Below are positions 36,001-51,000 of a stretch of 64,000 nt of DNA, in pieces. Position 1 is the stretch's first letter. Each line of letters begins with the position of its first letter. A program made the translations under genes and the position numbers. Source of the DNA: Mustelus asterias (taxonomy: Eukaryota); NCBI RefSeq assembly GCF_964213995.1, contig NC_135825.1:18352001-18416000 (forward strand), in the 5' to 3' direction. A model generated the notes under the pieces. That model made no database searches and was not told the origin of the DNA. It saw only the letters and a list, made by a program, of their open reading frames with translations.

Positions 36001-39000
36001 ATTCATGTACTTGTCAAGATGCCCCTTAGAAGTCACTACCATATCCGCTTCCACTACCTCCCCTGGCAACGAGTTCCAGGCACCCACCACTCTCTGTGTA
36101 CGAAATCTGCCTCGTACATCTCTTTTAAAACTTGCCCCTCGCACCTTAAACCTATGCCCCCTACATTACTGAAAAGAAAGCTGGTGGACAGGCAATGGCA
36201 GGCATTTAAAGAACATATAGGGGAACTCCAGAAGTTGTTTATTCCTGTTTGGTGCAAGAGTGGCAAATGAATTGTGCACAAACCATGGCTTACAAGGGAA
36301 ATTAGAGATAGTATCAGATTCAAGAAAGAAGCATACAAACTGGCAAGAAAAAACAATGGACCTGAGGATAGGGAACAGTTTAAAATTCAGCAAAGTGGTG
36401 TTATGGAGATATGGTGGAGGAAAGAGCGTGAATAAGATACTCTGTCTTGGTGCAGACCTGATGGGTCAAATGGCCTCCTTCTGTACTGTGGGAATTCTAT
36501 GATTCTATGATGAAATCAACTAGGGTGAAGCCAGACACCTGAAGTACTAAGGTTGGTGACATCTTAATATAGCCTGTGAAGCAGGGGTGTTCTGTTGGAA
36601 TGGTTAGGTAACTTAGAGATCGTGTGGAAACTTGGATGCAAGTGGCAACGCAAAGCAGAGGAATACTGTGAGGAGAGACTGAAATCCTGGAAGTGGATCC
36701 CTGGTGAAGGCATCTGAAATCATTGAAATTGGAGTTCCAATGAGGCTAGCTGGCTCACAGTGTGATAAATAGCTCGGAGAGGCCGGGGGTGGGGGGGTGG
36801 GTGTGGCGGGTGTAGTGGTTTATGGAAAATCAATAGAAGTTGTATTGGGTGGCATCTGCCACTTGGTTTCAGAATGTGGTGTACATAGATAGATAGATAG
36901 AACAGCACAGCACAGAACAGGCCCTTCGGCCCACGATGTTGTGCCGAGCTTGATCTGAAACCAAGATCAAGCTATCCCACTCCCTATCATCCTGGTGTGC
37001 TCCATGTGCCTATCCAATAACCGCTTAAATGTTCCTAAAGTGTCTGACTCCACAATCACTGCAGGCAGTCCATTCCACACCCCAACCACTCTCTGCGGAA
37101 AGAACCTACCTCTGATATCCTTCCTATATCTCCTACCATGAACCCTATAGTTATGCCCCCTTGTAATAGCTCCATCCACCCGAGGAAATAGTCTTTGAAC
37201 GTTCACTCTATCTATCCCCCTCATCATTTTATAAACCTTTATTAAGTCTCCCCTCAGCCTCTTCAGCTCCAGAGAGAACAGCCCTAGCTCCCTCAACCTT
37301 TCCTCATAAGACCTACCCTCCAAACCAGGCAGCATCCTGGTAAATCTCCTCTGCACTCTTTCCAGCGCTTCCACATCCTTCTGATAGTGAGGTGACCAGA
37401 ACTGCACAAAATATTCCAAATGTGGTCTCACCAAGGTCCTGTGCAGTTGCAGCATAACCCCACGGCTCTTAAACTCCAGCCCCCTGTTAATAAAAGCTAA
37501 CACACTATAGGCCTTCTTCACAGCTCTATCCACTTGAGTGGCAACCTTTAGAGATCTGTGGATATGGACCCCAAGATCTCTCTGTTCCTCCACAGTCTTC
37601 AGAACCCTACCTTTGACCCTGTAATCCACATTTAAATTAGTCCTACCAAATTAATCACCTCACATTTATCAGGGTTAAACTCCATTTGCCATTTTTCAGC
37701 CCAGCTTTGCATCCTATCTATGTCTCTTTGCAGCCTACAACAGCCCTCCACCTCATCCACTACTCCACCAATCTTGGTGTCATCAGCAAATTTACTGATC
37801 CACCCTTCAGCCCCCTCCTCTAAGTCATTAATAAAAATCACAAAGAGCAGAGGACCAAGCACTGATCCCTGTGGCACTCCGCTAGCAACCTGCCTCCAAT
37901 CTGAAAATTTTCCATCCACCACCACCCTCTGTCTTCGATCAGATAGCCAGTTACCTATCCAATCGGCCAACTTTCCCTCTATCCCACACCTCCTTACTTT
38001 CATCATAAGCCGACCATGGGGGACCTTATCAAACGCCTTACTAAAATCCATGTATATGACATCAACTGCCCTACCTTCATCAACACACTTAGTTACCTCC
38101 TCAAAAAATTCAATCAAATTTGTGAGGCACGACTTGCCCTTCACGAATCCGTGCTGACTATCCAGATTAATCCACATCTTTCTAAATGGTCGTAAATCTC
38201 ATCCCTAAGGACCTTTTCCATCAATTTACCAACCACCGAAGTGAGACTAACCAGTCTATAATTACCAGGGTCATTTCTATTCCCTTTCTTAAACAGAGGA
38301 ACAACATTTGCCACTCTCCAGTCCTCTGGCACCATCCCCGAGGACAGTGAGGACCCAAAGATTAAAGCCAAAGGCTCTGCAATCTCATCCCTTGCCTCCC
38401 AAAGAATCCTAGGATATATTTCATCAGGCCCAGGGGACTTATCGACCTTCAGTTTATTCAAAACTGCCAGTACATCCTCCCTCCGAACATCTATTTCCTC
38501 CAGCCTATTAGCCTGTAACACCTTCTCTTCCTCAAAAACATGGCCCCTCTCCTTGGTGAACACTGAAGGAAAGTATTCATTCATCACCTCGCCTATCTCT
38601 ACTGACTCCATGCACAAAATCCCACTACTGTCCTTGACCGGCCCTAACCTCACCCTGGTCATTCTTTTATTCCTCACATAAGAGTAAAAAGCCTTGGGGT
38701 TTTCCTTGATCCGACCCGCTAAGGACTTCTCATGTCCCCTTCTCGCTCTCCTAAGCCCCTTTTTCAGCTCATTCCTTGCGAACTTGTAACCCTCAATCGA
38801 GCCATCTGAACCTTGTTTCCTCATCCCCACATAAGCTTCCCTCTTCCTTTTCACAAGACATTCCACCTTTTTTGTGAACCATGGTTCCCTCACTCGGCCA
38901 TTTCCTCCCTGCCTGACAGGGACATACCTATCAAGGACACCCAGTATTTGTTCCTTGAAATTGTGTGTATGATCACAATGGGCCTGTTGCTTTGCAGGGA

Positions 39001-42000
39001 CTGTGTGTACTTACTGAGAACATTATAGTTTAAGATATATTTTGCAATTTGTGTTATCATTAAAAATATGTGTATCTGGGAAGATATAGGTGTGGTGAAG
39101 GAATATCATGTTTTAATATTTTCAAATTTAATAAACGTTTGATTCTTCTGTTAAAAGTTAACTGGCAGTCCTGCGACTCTATTCATCCAACTCCCGAAAC
39201 AAAAAAAAATTACGGTCTTTGAGCCAGTGTTCAAACCGGGAACCTGACTGTCCAGTAACATCAGTTGGGACTGTAACAATTTACAATATCCTAATTGTCA
39301 GATTTCTGTGGCTCTCACAAAGCTGAAATTGAAAAATATTTAGGTATTCCAAATAATTGCTAAGTTATGTTGGTTATAAGTTGTTGCCCCTGTTGAGTTT
39401 GTGGCAGAAACAAATGATCTGATCCAAGGATAAAGACTGCTGATATTTACCTGAAGAAATCCCGAGTTCAGTGTGCAGTGCACCAATGAGAGGATATGGC
39501 CCTTGGTTGCAAAAAGCACCAGAGAAATCATCCATAGCAAGAGTCCACACCATGGCTCCTCCAAAGTTGTTCTTCGTCAGCCATGCAGCCTGAAAGACAT
39601 TGTTCACATTAATTCACAAATCCTTGTTTGCAAGTAACTTTTACTCAAATATAACTCATCCTCCCCCAGGAGTCAGTGCTGGGACCCTTGCTTTTCCCCA
39701 TATATATTAATGACCTTGGTGTACCGGGCACAATTTCAAAGTTTGCGGATGATGCGAAATTTGAAAACATTGTGAACTGGGAGGAGGATAGTGCAGGATT
39801 TCAAAGGGCCATTGGCAAATTGGTGAAATGGGCAGACAGGAGGCAGATGAGGTTTAATGCAAAGAAACATGAACTAATTCATTTTGAGAGGAAGAACATG
39901 GAGCAGCAATAGAAAATAAAGGATACAACCTCAGTAGAGTTGCAGGAACAACTTGAAGGTATATGTGCACAAGTCATTGAAGGTGGTAGAAGAAGTGACA
40001 CAGAATATCATCATACAATCCCTATAGCACGGAAGAAGACCATTCAACTCATCGAGTCTGCACCAACTTTCTGACAGCGTATCTTACCCAGGCCCAGGCC
40101 GATTCCCCCACCCTATCCCCATAACCTCACGCATTTACCATGGCTAACGCATCTAACCTACACATCTTAGGACACTAAGGGGCAATTTACCATAGCCAAT
40201 CCACCTAATCCGCACATCTTTGGAGTATGGGAGGAAACTGGAGAACCCGGAGGAAACCCACATAGACATGGGGAGAACAGACAATCAGCTAAGACCAGAA
40301 TTGAACTCAGGTCCCTGGCACTGTGAGGCAGCAGTGCTAACCACTCTGCCACCTTGCTGCCCTGAGCAACAAGATCAAGGAGATCATATTTATCTTGTAT
40401 AACCCATCAGTTTGGCCCTCGCTGGAACATTGCACCCAGTTCAGGACACCGTGCACTTGGAAGAATATGAAAGCATTCAGGGATACAGAAAAGATTCATG
40501 AAAATGATTAAAAGGGAGAAAAACTTCAGAAATGAAGATAAATGCAAAATGTTGGACTGTTTTCTGCAGAAAAAGGAAGACTGAGAGGAGATTTGAATGA
40601 GGTATTCAAACACATGACAGATGCGGACAGAGCAGAAAAGAAGGAACTGTTCCCACTCATGAAAGGATCGAGAATGAGAGGTGACAGTTTTAAAATAATT
40701 CATAAGCGAAGAAGAAGTGAGTTTGGGAAAATCTTGTTCACACAGTGAGTGGTTCAAGTCTGGGATGCACTGCCATATTGTCTACAAAAAGGCGAGTTGA
40801 CAAAAATATGCCCTCCTCCAAACAATATTGTGGAAGGGACAACATCAGAAAGAAGGATGGTTAAAACACATCAAACAAGATACCTCATCCATAACGCATG
40901 CTCCAAAATTCATATGTATAATGGTGTAACTTTTGAGTTATTCACTTGATCAATATAACATCATGATTCACGTGCTTATTGTAACAAATTAACGGTACAT
41001 CGCAACAAATATTTCACCAAACCAGCAAATAGAATGTGTAGACTATCAGTTTAACAAAGATACCTTGTCTCTAAAGCTTTTCACATTGTCATATCCAATC
41101 CATGTACTTCCTTTGTAACCATATGGAACCCTCTGTGGAGCGTTCCATACCGAAGTGCCAGTTTTCAGAAATGTGCAAATCTGTGAGAAGAGTGAGATAT
41201 TTAGCTTCCATACCGTCAGTGGTCACAAAGGATCAGTGGCTAGCAATGCTCTCTCAGTGTACACTCACAATCTTTCTCACTTCATATATCTTTAATAATT
41301 TATTCAGCTATCATTTTCTCTCAGTTGCATTCCTCAAACTGGGAGCACTGTTCTTTTTTGCTATTGAAAAATAGCAAATAGAATAGCAAATTCAGAACAG
41401 TAAGGCCCTTTATTATAATCGTTGATTCCTCACACTGTATGTTTCCATTCTGAGGCACGGGAAAAGCCAAAGAAGCATCTGGCCTTCACTCAAGAACATG
41501 ATAAAGAGATTAATTTGAGTAAGCTTCCTTACCCTTCCAACAATGCAGTAATCAGTCACAAAAACCGCTAAGGATTGACAATAATCTTTGCTCAAAAACC
41601 CCTGGAATTTTCTGCAGGGAAGGAGGTTGGGGATGTAAAAGGTTATATTCTCTATTTTACCTCCTTGTGTATTTTCCAAGACTTGACAGACTAACAACAA
41701 TGTGCAGAGTAAGACAGTCAAACAGCTTCCGATGATGGAGGGTGTGACATTGTGGGGGCAATTCCCTGACCTCTTCAGACGCCAGTGGCAATCCAGATGC
41801 CCCAGTGAATGGGATCTCGGCCAAAGAGCTGGATTCCCGATGGGCATGAGGGCTCTTGGGATTCACTCGACCCGCCCCGCCAGCCCTAATCAGGTTCCCA
41901 CAGAGCAGGCAGCAGCCCAATAATTATGCAAACCCACTGATTTAAAGGTCATTAATCGATTTGGCAGTCCATTCACCGGCCTCCCACCATTCAGCCACTT

Positions 42001-45000
42001 TGCCAGTGGCAACGGCACCAGGAAGCCTTTACAATTGCTACCCACAAGTGGGGAAATGACATGCTGGACCCCAAGGGTCCAGGGAAGCACCACCATCCCC
42101 TCAGAAAAGAGGGGCATCCAGCCCTCCACACAATATCACTGCTCAAACCCACCCCCCACACACACAGCACGCAGACATGAGGGTTATCTGAACCCTCTAC
42201 AGACCCCCCCAATCAACTCCCTCCTCACTCAGCCATCCCTTCCCCATCAGACATCCCAATCAGCCCCTCTCCTCCCTCAGACCCCACTCAGCCTCCCTTT
42301 CCTCTCAAATCCGCCCACTTAGCCCACCCCTCCTTCAGACCACGTGCCTTGACAGTGCCAAAAGTGCATTGCCCCTGACACTCTGGCACTGACACCCTGG
42401 CCTTGTGCCTTGGGCCCCAAGGGGGGCTTGAGGAGGTAGGTCCAGTGGCCATTTGCCACTCTGCTGCTGCCAGGCTGCAGATGACGTTTCCCTGAAGGGT
42501 TCTGGGGGTGGGCTCAGAATGGGGACACTGGGCTAAGTTCACTTCTTCATCAGGATGGGGTGTTGTGGCTGGAGTGCTCTGGAAGATCTGAAGATCACCC
42601 CTGACATGATGATTTCAGGCAGCCCTGTGATCAAAATCCTGCCTATGAACTGTGCCAGCTAACGTGAACCTCCATGCCCCCAGTCACCTGGCAGACTTTT
42701 AAGTCATTGCAGCACTCCATTCTGCAGTGGAGACTCCCCTTTAAGAGGAAATGAAACCATAAACTGTCAATCTAGACTCTATCAATGTTGTGGTAAAGAT
42801 CAATGGGGTACTTGAGATGCATTCAAGCGTGAAGGATGAAATGAAAGGAAACATAGGTGACTGAAAGATGATAGAAATCCATTGGGCTGTCAATTGCACT
42901 TTTTATGGTGCACTACACAGTGAATTTGCTGGAGATCAAAGGGTTCCATTGGAATGGAGAGGGTTTCAATGATTTCAACTCACTAGGAAGCCTCAACAAC
43001 ATCAACTCAAAGCTATGTGCATACATTGAGGTAAGTGCACAGCTGGGCAGAATGGAACCCCACCTCCCCCAGATGAAATTGACATCCCCTCTCTGTCACA
43101 GGACTTCAAAGTTGTCTGCTCACACATGCAGTTTCTGGCAGGCAGAAAGGAAAAATCTCTACCGCAGAATAGAATGCTGCAATGATTTAAAATCCTGCCA
43201 GGTGACCAGGGGGCATGAAGGTTAAAGTGACCTGGCCACTTCAGAATTTGCACAGCTGACAGGCAGGAATGAAGATGGTGATCACAGAGCTGCCTGAAAT
43301 CACCATGATGTGGAGATGCCGGTGTTGGATTGGGGTGAACACAGTAAGAAGTCTCACAACACCAGGTTAAAGGACTTTATTGTGAGACTTCTTACTGAAA
43401 TCACCATGCCAGGGGTGATCTTCAGGTCTGCCAGTGCAAGAAGGGGCAGTCCAGCCATGACACACCCAGACCAGGGGGAAAGTGCCAAAATTAAATCCTA
43501 GCCCCAGCACGAGCCCACACAACCCCTAGGGCACTTGAGGGATACTTCTCTATATGCTGGCAGCAGCAGATGTCAAATGGCTACTGGACGTACCGTCTGC
43601 ATCCACCCCAGAGCCCAAGGTGCCTGGCCAGGGTGTCAGTGTCAGGGTGCTAGGTGGCAGTGTATCGTTGGCACTGCCAAGATGTGTGACCTGAAGGGAG
43701 GCTGAATGGGGTGTCTGAGCGGGAAGTGGGACTGAGTGGAAGGTCTGAGGGGGAAGTGGGGCTATGGGGGGGGGGGGGGTCTGAGGGCAAAAGGGGCTGT
43801 GTGGGGTCTGATGGGAAAGGGATGCTGTGGGTGGTCTGAGTGGGGGATCTGAGGGGGGAAGGAGGGCTGTGGGGGAGTCTGAGGGCAAAGGGGACTCAGT
43901 GAGGAAATCTGAGAGGGAAGGGGCTATGTGGGGTGCTGTGGGGGATCTGAGGGGGGTGTCACATTAGGTCACTCATGCCTGTGTGATGTGGCGGGGGGGA
44001 TAACCCATTATTTATGGGTCGGGGGCGGAGGATGCCCCTCTTTGGCGAGAGGTTGGTGGTACTACCCTGGTCAATTGGGGGGGGGGGGAGGGAGGAGGTG
44101 GGGAGAGACACCATTTAATGTTTTGGGGGGAGCAGGGCCTGTCTCTGAGCACCTGAGCTCAGAACAGCGGGGCTAGTTAGTGGATTGCTCGAAATAAGCT
44201 CACCTGCATCTTTCAGGTGGGAGAATCCCACCGGACAGACACTCACAGCGCCAATAGGAAGCACTCTTGTTTTCCTGCCAGTGTGGGCACTTGGTCCTAA
44301 TTTGGGAGAATTTGGCCCTATGTTTCTGTCCATCCAAGTATGATGACGTTCATTTCAGTACCTGTTCCTTTGGAGCTAAGCTGAGTGATGCCATGTGTTG
44401 TGATGCTAACAGAGGCAGCAGGATCTTCTTATAGAACCATAGAACCATAGAAAATTACAGCTCAGAAACAGGCCTTTTGGCCCTTCTTGTCTGTGCCGAA
44501 CCATTTTATGCCTAGTCCCACTGACCTGCACTTGGACCATATCCCTCCACACCCCTCTCATCCATGAACCCGTCCAAGTTTTTCTTAAATGTTAAAAGTG
44601 ACCCCGCATTTACCACTTTCTCCGGCAGCTCATTCCACACTCCCACCACTCTCTGCGTGAAGAAGCCCCCCCTAATATTCCCTTTAAACTTTTCTCCTTT
44701 CACCCTTAACCCATGCCCTCTGGTTTTTTTCTCCCCTAGCCTCAGCGGAAAAAGCCTGCTTGCATTCACTCTATCTATACCCATCAAAATCTTATACACC
44801 TCTATCAAATCTCCCCTCAATCTTCTACGCTCCAGGGAATAAAGTCCCAACCTATTCAATCTCTCTCTGTAACTCAGCTTCTCAAGTCCCGGCAACATCC
44901 TTGTGAACCTTCTCTGCACTCTTTCAATCTTATTTACATCCTTCCTGTAACTAGGTGACCAAAACTGTACACAATACTCCAAATTCGGCCTCACCAACGC

Positions 45001-48000
45001 CTTATATAACCTTACCATAACACTCCAACTTTTATACTCGATACTCCGATTTATAAAGGCCAATGTACCAAAGGCACTCTTTACGACCCTATCCACCTGT
45101 GACGTCACTTTTAGGGAACTCTGTACCTGTATTCCCAGATCCCTCTGTTCAACTGCACTCTTCAGAGTCCTACCATTTACCCTGTACGTTCTTCTTTGGT
45201 TTGTCCTTCCAAAGTGCAATATCTCACACTTGTCTGCGTTAAATTATGAGACAGGTGATCAGCTGGGGGTGTCTTTGGTTAGGATATGAGACTACCTGAT
45301 TGATTTAATATTGGGCCATTCTGGATACTTTCATCACAAGGGTAGTAAGTAGATGTTATTCTGCCTGAGGATGCCCATGTGATTGAGTTCCTTTCTCACA
45401 GTAAAATTTGAGTGTTTTTCGAGAGTAGAATTCAGTACATGGTTAATTAGTATCTCCAAATATCAGATCTTATGGAATGAAGAATCTGCATCGGTATCAA
45501 TACCTCATAATAGGCCAAGCTTCCCATCGATCTGGTGTACTTCCCAGGTGGGCCAGGACCTCCAGATGGGGCTCCAATACCGTGGTCAGATGTGGTCAGA
45601 TGGAAGGTATGGCCATATGTAGGGAATCCAACGTTCAGTTTGTCTGCAGGAGCTCCCTGATTTTTCCAGTAATACATTGTAAAGTTCTACAAAAAAAATT
45701 GAAGGTATCGGCGAGAAAGGCTTTGAAAACCATCAGGTTGAAGGCAGATGTCCATTGGAAATACTAAATATAATTGGATTCTACTTTCATGAACACTTAC
45801 CACATTAAAGTAAAGGTTGGTGTAGCGATGATCATTCGGTAGAGGATAAAGGGGACTATTTTCTCCAGTGTGGATATTCCCAGATCCAACATAATCATAT
45901 GTCATCACATTAAAAAAGTCTAGATATCTGTAGATGGGGAGATTTGAGTTTTACTGATACCTTGTTCACCAAATAAGTGGTAATTACCTAACTTATTAAA
46001 CAAATGAGCTGTGCCAATTAAAACTATAGAAAATAGACAAGGGCCTTGCATTCAGATAGGACAGTTCATGGCATCAGGATTTCCCAAAGCAGTTCACAGA
46101 TGCTGAATAACTTTCAACATAAAGTTACTGTCACAGTGAGGTAATTGACTAAGGAAAATGATGCTGTTGGCTGTTAGCCTGAACACAGGGAGAGCTCTCC
46201 CTTGAATAAAGCACTGGGGCCTCTTACATCTAGTTAAGAGATCAGAAAGGACTTCAGATGTTAATATTCAATTGGCAGCAGTGTTGCACTCCCTGGCAAT
46301 GGCATTGGAGTGTCAGCTGAGACACTCCAGTTGGGTTGGGGCTTGAAACCACAATGGTCTGACTCAGGGGCAAGAGTGCACTGAACCAGAACTAAGTGTG
46401 TGTTTCTATAGCATATTCAAACCAAGATTTATTTTAATCTTGCAATCCTGCTTATGCTAAAAGTATTGGTGGCTAATGAAATATCCTAGCCACTGGTTGT
46501 GTGCAGGTATCTTTTGCAATGAGATTTTCAAGCAAGCTTTGAAATGACCAGCATTCATCTAATACAATCAAGAACTGTATTTAGATTCCTAAATAGTCTA
46601 ATTTGCCCATTATCAAACCCAAATAGAATCATTCTGGATCAATGGATGGAACCATTGACACTCAGGTTCAACCACAGAATGCTTTATTATACTGCCAGCA
46701 CTGCTTGAATGTCTCCAGAATGAACTGGTGCCCAGAAGTAAGTGTGGTAAATGTAGAATGGGCATTCATGTATATATTGCCATGACCCGTACACCGGAAG
46801 TGATGTGTCGGTAACATGGGAGTTCATACGATGTGTCTACAGATGTTCTGTGCTGCTGAAGATCTCACACTGAATCATTTAAATTTAGGCCTTTGTCATC
46901 ATTCCCACACAACCCAGCAACTTGACAGTATGGTTTCCACAGAGCACAATGCAACACGACACAACTGATGAGAAGTTGACTGTACATTGTAGAGTCAGAG
47001 ATCTAAATGAGAAAATAAAGTCAAAGATTAATAGACAAATGATGTTTGAAGAGGGGAAATGCATAGGCACTTCTTAAGTAACTTAGAACTGAGGGTGGCA
47101 CAGTGGCACAGTGGTTAGCACCGCTGCCTCACAGTGCCAGGGACCCAGGTTCGAATCTGGCCTTGGGCAACTGCCTGTGTGGAGCTTGCACATTTTCCCC
47201 ATGTCTACGTCGTGCTCCAGTTTCCACCAACAGTCCCAAGATGTGCAGGTTAGGTGGATTAGCCATAGCAAATGCGCGGAGTTACGGGGTTAGGGCGGTG
47301 GTTGGGCCTGTGTAAGATGCTCCTCTGGAGAGTCGGTGCAGTCTCAATAGGCCAAATGGCCTTCTTCTGCACTGTAGGGATTCTATGATTCTATAGGGAT
47401 TCTATGATTTATGTTATGAAAAGAGTAAGATATTTTTCTTGTTTCTTCACCGACATTGGTCACTAAAGCATAACCAGAAGAAAAAACTATCTGGCCATCA
47501 TCTTATTGCTATTTCTGGAGCATTTTGTATGAACTTGTTAGTTGCAGCAGCCATGTCCACAGTATTCCAAGATACCTGTTCTCTGTAAATATCTTTGGGA
47601 TGCTCCGAAGCTGTTAAAGGTGGCGCACAAATCAACATCTTTTTCCTATTACTTGCCTGCTTTTCACATGTTGCAATTCATTTGCAACCTGCTGTTTTTG
47701 CCCAGCTGTCTCAGCATTACCCAGGCTGTGATTGCACCATAACCATAAACAAACGATTGTACACAAAACTAGCATGGAACAAAGCTCAGACTCTAGTACA
47801 CAATGTCAAACATTCATTTTTCATTCCCCCCCACCCCCCACATTGTGCTGTGTGACTAACACGGATACTTACTTTCCAAGTTCAGCAACCTCATAGCTCA
47901 TACCAATGTTAGCCATCCCAGCAGACACCGCAGCTGAGATCAGCAGTCTGGATTTTCCAGAACTTTTCGCCTCAGCTTCGAAAGCTGCCAACATTTCCTA

Positions 48001-51000
48001 GAAGTTAAAAATGAACTAAGTTTCAGATTGTCACCAAATGGAGCGTCTCACAATAATTTATCTAATCTAAGGGTAAAGTCAGAGGTAGGACAAGGTGTAA
48101 ATGGAGCCCAGATCGATAGTTCTTACTGCACAGTAGCCAGAACAGTGATGAGTGAGGATGCCATTAAATTATTTTGTTGCGTGGTGTCTTATGTTTCACA
48201 TTTAAATATTCCATTTTCATCTTTCACAAACTCTGAGAAACTGGATTCTCCACGCCATCCCCACGGTGTGTTTTGCGGCAGTGGGGGCAGGCCACCATTG
48301 GCCAGCGGCAGGATCATCTGGTCCGCCATTAACAACGGGGTTTCCCATGGTATGACCCACCCCCCCCCACCCCACCCCCCCCCCCCCCCTCCCCCCCGCT
48401 TCCCCCGCCGGCCGCCAGGAAGCCCACAGTGGGTGTTCGCCATCGGCAGGACCCGAAGATGTCGTCGGCGGAAACAGCCGGAAAAATCCGGCCATTGTCT
48501 TTTAAAATTCTATTTCTAAAATGTGTATCAGTAGTTGGTTAGATTGCAGATCAGCCATGATCTCATTGAATGGCAAAACAGACTGGAAGAGCTAAGCGTC
48601 TGGTCTGTTTCTATGTTCCATGTCCTCGGTGAAGACCTGGGAGGAAGTTTAAATCTGCAAACTGGATTGAAAAGTCATAGAGGTTTACAGCATGGAAACA
48701 GGCCCTTCAGCCCAACTTTTCAACGCCGCCCCTTTTTTTTAAACCACTAAGCTAGTCCCAATTGCCCGCATTTGGCCCATATCCCTCTATATCCATCCTA
48801 CCCATGTAACTGTCTAAATGCTTTTTAAAAGATAAAATTGTACCCACCTCTACTACTACCTCTAGCAGCTCATTCCAGACACTCACCACCCTCTGTGTGA
48901 AAAAATTGCCCCTCTAGACCCTTCTGTATCTCTCCCCTCTCACCTTAAACCTATGCCCTCTAGTTTTAGTCTCCCCTAACTTTGGGAAAAGATATTGACT
49001 ATCTAGCTGATCTATGCCCCTCATTATTTTATAGACCTCTATAAGATCACCCCTAAGCCTCCTACACTCCAGGGAAAAAAGACCCAGTCTCTCCAGCCTC
49101 TCCTTATAACCCAAACCATCAAGTCCTGGTAGCATCCGAGTAAATCTTTTCTGCACTCTTTCTAGTTTAATAATATCCTTTCTATAATAGGGTGACCAGA
49201 ATTGTTCACAGTATTCCAAGTATGGCCTTACCAATGTCTTATACCACTTCAACAAGATGTCCCAATTCCTGTATTCAATGTTCTGACCAATGAAACCAAG
49301 CATGCCGAATGCCTTCTTCACCACTCTGTCCACCTGTGACTCCACTTTCAAGGAGCTATGAACCTGTAGCCCTGGTTAGCTTAGCTGCAAGACTGAGAGC
49401 ATCCTATGAAGTTTGTTTTCTCCTACCTGTGCCAACAGGGTGAAGCGATGTTTATTTTGTGTCCCAGGATATTCCCAGTCAATATCCAAACCATCAAACC
49501 CATAACCGCGCAGGAAGGCAATCACGGACTTGATGAAAGTTTGGCGGTTTTCCTGTGTAGAAACCATGGTGGTGAACCTAGAGGAGGGTGAAATGTTAAA
49601 CAAGGTGCTGAACTGGAGTATTTTAGTCTCTGTAATTACCAACTGAACGATTAAGGGGTTCGTTATCGCAATTTCAAAATATACAAGGAAATAAATTATA
49701 ATTTACAAAATGTAGTTGTGACATGGTGCTGTATTGTTACTGCTCTTTGTAATCAGTTGAAGCAATCTTCACTGGGTGTATTAATATAAATTAAGCCTTT
49801 GTAAAAATAATGCATTGTCAGAAATCATTTCATAAATATTATTTGAATTATATTTTGCAGACAGCTGAACACAGTCACAGTATGCTCATTAACAGATGAT
49901 CTACATATTTATCTAAAACTATACAGTTGACATTTCAAAAAGTATCTCTTTGATCCCAGCGTATTTTACATTATGAGCAATAGGAAAATAAGCATTTTTC
50001 ACCCGGTACTAAAATAAAATATTTTCAACTTACTTCTGAGTTCCAAAGTTCCAGCCTCCGATGGACAGGAGCGTTTTAAGGTTTCTATTTCTGTTGTAAA
50101 ATTGAACAAATACTTCTTTTAGAATAAAGAACATAAGCAATACATTTATTAACATTACAGGAATTGCTAACAATCATTATTGTCTTAATATTTTTACTGC
50201 TTTCTCCTTTTGGTGCTAAATTTTAATTGAGCAATAATACCTCAGTGCGGAACATATATTTCACAACAAGATGTGCCAGAGGAAAGAGGACATTAGGTTC
50301 ATGCAGGTTTGTGGATGTCATGGCTAAGACAGCCATTGATCCTCAAGGGTAATTGCACTTGCAGCGATGGTAGTAGGTGGTCATGTGGAGCAATGAGTAG
50401 CACCCCTACTCCTGAGATAGAAGTTCCCACTCCAGGACTTAATGACCAAGGCAGGTACATCCATAATGTAACCAGCTCAGTCTTACTTGGTAAATCCTTC
50501 CAACATACACAAAAGGGCAGGCGAGAGGAGAAATTACTGGTCAGCCATGGTGTGGAAAGAAGTTGGAGCCACCACCATCACCTTCCGGTTATAAGATGCA
50601 TGCAAGGGGATTAGGTGCCAAAACAGCTTGCCTTCTTAGAGCTGGTTAGCTCAGTTGGCTGGACAGTTATTGTGGACAAGATTGGTGCCCAGGGGTTTGA
50701 TCCCTGTTCTGGCTGGGATGGATTGGTGTCAGGCCTCCTTACCCTCCCCATGGTGGAGGTCACAGCTCTGGATGGTACTGTGACCTTTATGAGCAGGACA
50801 TGAAGAAGCTGGACATGATCCATTATCTTGAACTGCTACAGTCCATCTGGTGCAGTAATCCCAATAGCTCTGTTATGAAGGGAATTCCAAAATTCAACTC
50901 AGTAACAGTGAAGGAATGGTGATATAGTTTCAAGTCAGGATGTTGTGTGGCTTGGACAGGAAGTTGCAATTACTGATATTCCCAGGCATCAGTATGGCGC

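Noticed and set aside
43700-43960. G-rich spaced repeats as a CRISPR-like array
   Set aside because: Irregular degenerate GGGGTCTGAG units inside a transposon arm, no unique spacers, eukaryotic context
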